Part shown: piece after piece, positions 63,975-64,000 of the stretch
How positions within the stretch are numbered: position 1 is the stretch's first letter
Layout: each line of letters begins with the position of its first letter
NCBI GenBank assembly: GCA_013202495.1
Contig: JABMQQ010000067.1
Location: 7,143-71,142 of the forward strand
Length of the DNA: 64,000 nt
DNA from: Fidelibacterota bacterium
Lineage (GTDB): Bacteria > Fidelibacterota > UBA8477 > JABMPR01
Direction: 5' to 3'
Made by a program: the position numbers and the translations under genes
Notes under the pieces: model-generated
Databases searched by the model: none
Seen by the model: the letters and a program-made list of their open reading frames with translations, nothing else
What the model was told of the DNA's origin: nothing

Positions 63975-64000
63975 AAAAAAGCCATGGACTCTTCCAGAGA

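Overview
This is a 64-kb bacterial chromosomal window. I found no rRNA, tRNA, CRISPR array, transposase or integrase. The many C-terminal YPNPFNP...VKMVYLK sorting domains suggest an FCB-group or Marinimicrobia-like marine lineage; that placement is inference only.

Left half (1-30 kb, mostly + strand) is housekeeping:
- a queD-like/yhhQ/folE trio
- an AmgK-like sugar kinase fused to a RapZ C-terminal domain, followed by MurU
- a lipoate-dependent 2-oxoacid dehydrogenase cluster: lpdA, fRMsr-like GAF, lipB, fused E1 alpha-beta, E2, lipA, GNAT
- a GltS-like transporter and an MDR dehydrogenase
- a minus-strand FAH/arfB/acetoacetyl-CoA synthetase operon followed by two small glycine-zipper genes
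- an isochorismatase-family gene, then a GrdB/PrdB-like gene with an in-frame TGA (candidate selenocysteine with a downstream hairpin)
- blc, an exported bcp and yceI
- an acyl-CoA dehydrogenase, a NYN/LOTUS protein, a GyrI-like lipoprotein and a methyltransferase

Right half (30.1-64 kb) is an unbroken minus-strand run dominated by envelope proteins:
- a PQQ sugar dehydrogenase, two CPBP proteases, a PIG-L deacetylase and TrmO
- seven proteins with T9SS-type C-terminal domains, including an M23 peptidase, a BNR-repeat protein and two proteins of about 870 aa
- several small beta-barrel OMPs and a TolB-like propeller
- an orphan 321-aa mini-secretin flanked by a SIMPL protein and an OMP
- GuaC

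The intergenic DNA carries several short repeat and hairpin families.

Best candidates for novelty:
- the orphan SIMPL/mini-secretin/OMP/GNAT operon
- the AmgK-RapZ-CTD fusion
- the recoded selenoprotein
- the stem-TCGAnnnnGCTC-stem hairpin family with covarying stems
- the retained synthetase-tail remnant between the glycine-zipper genes
- the T9SS-M23 peptidase coupled to a lipoprotein

All functional calls rest on motif recognition by eye. No searches were run.
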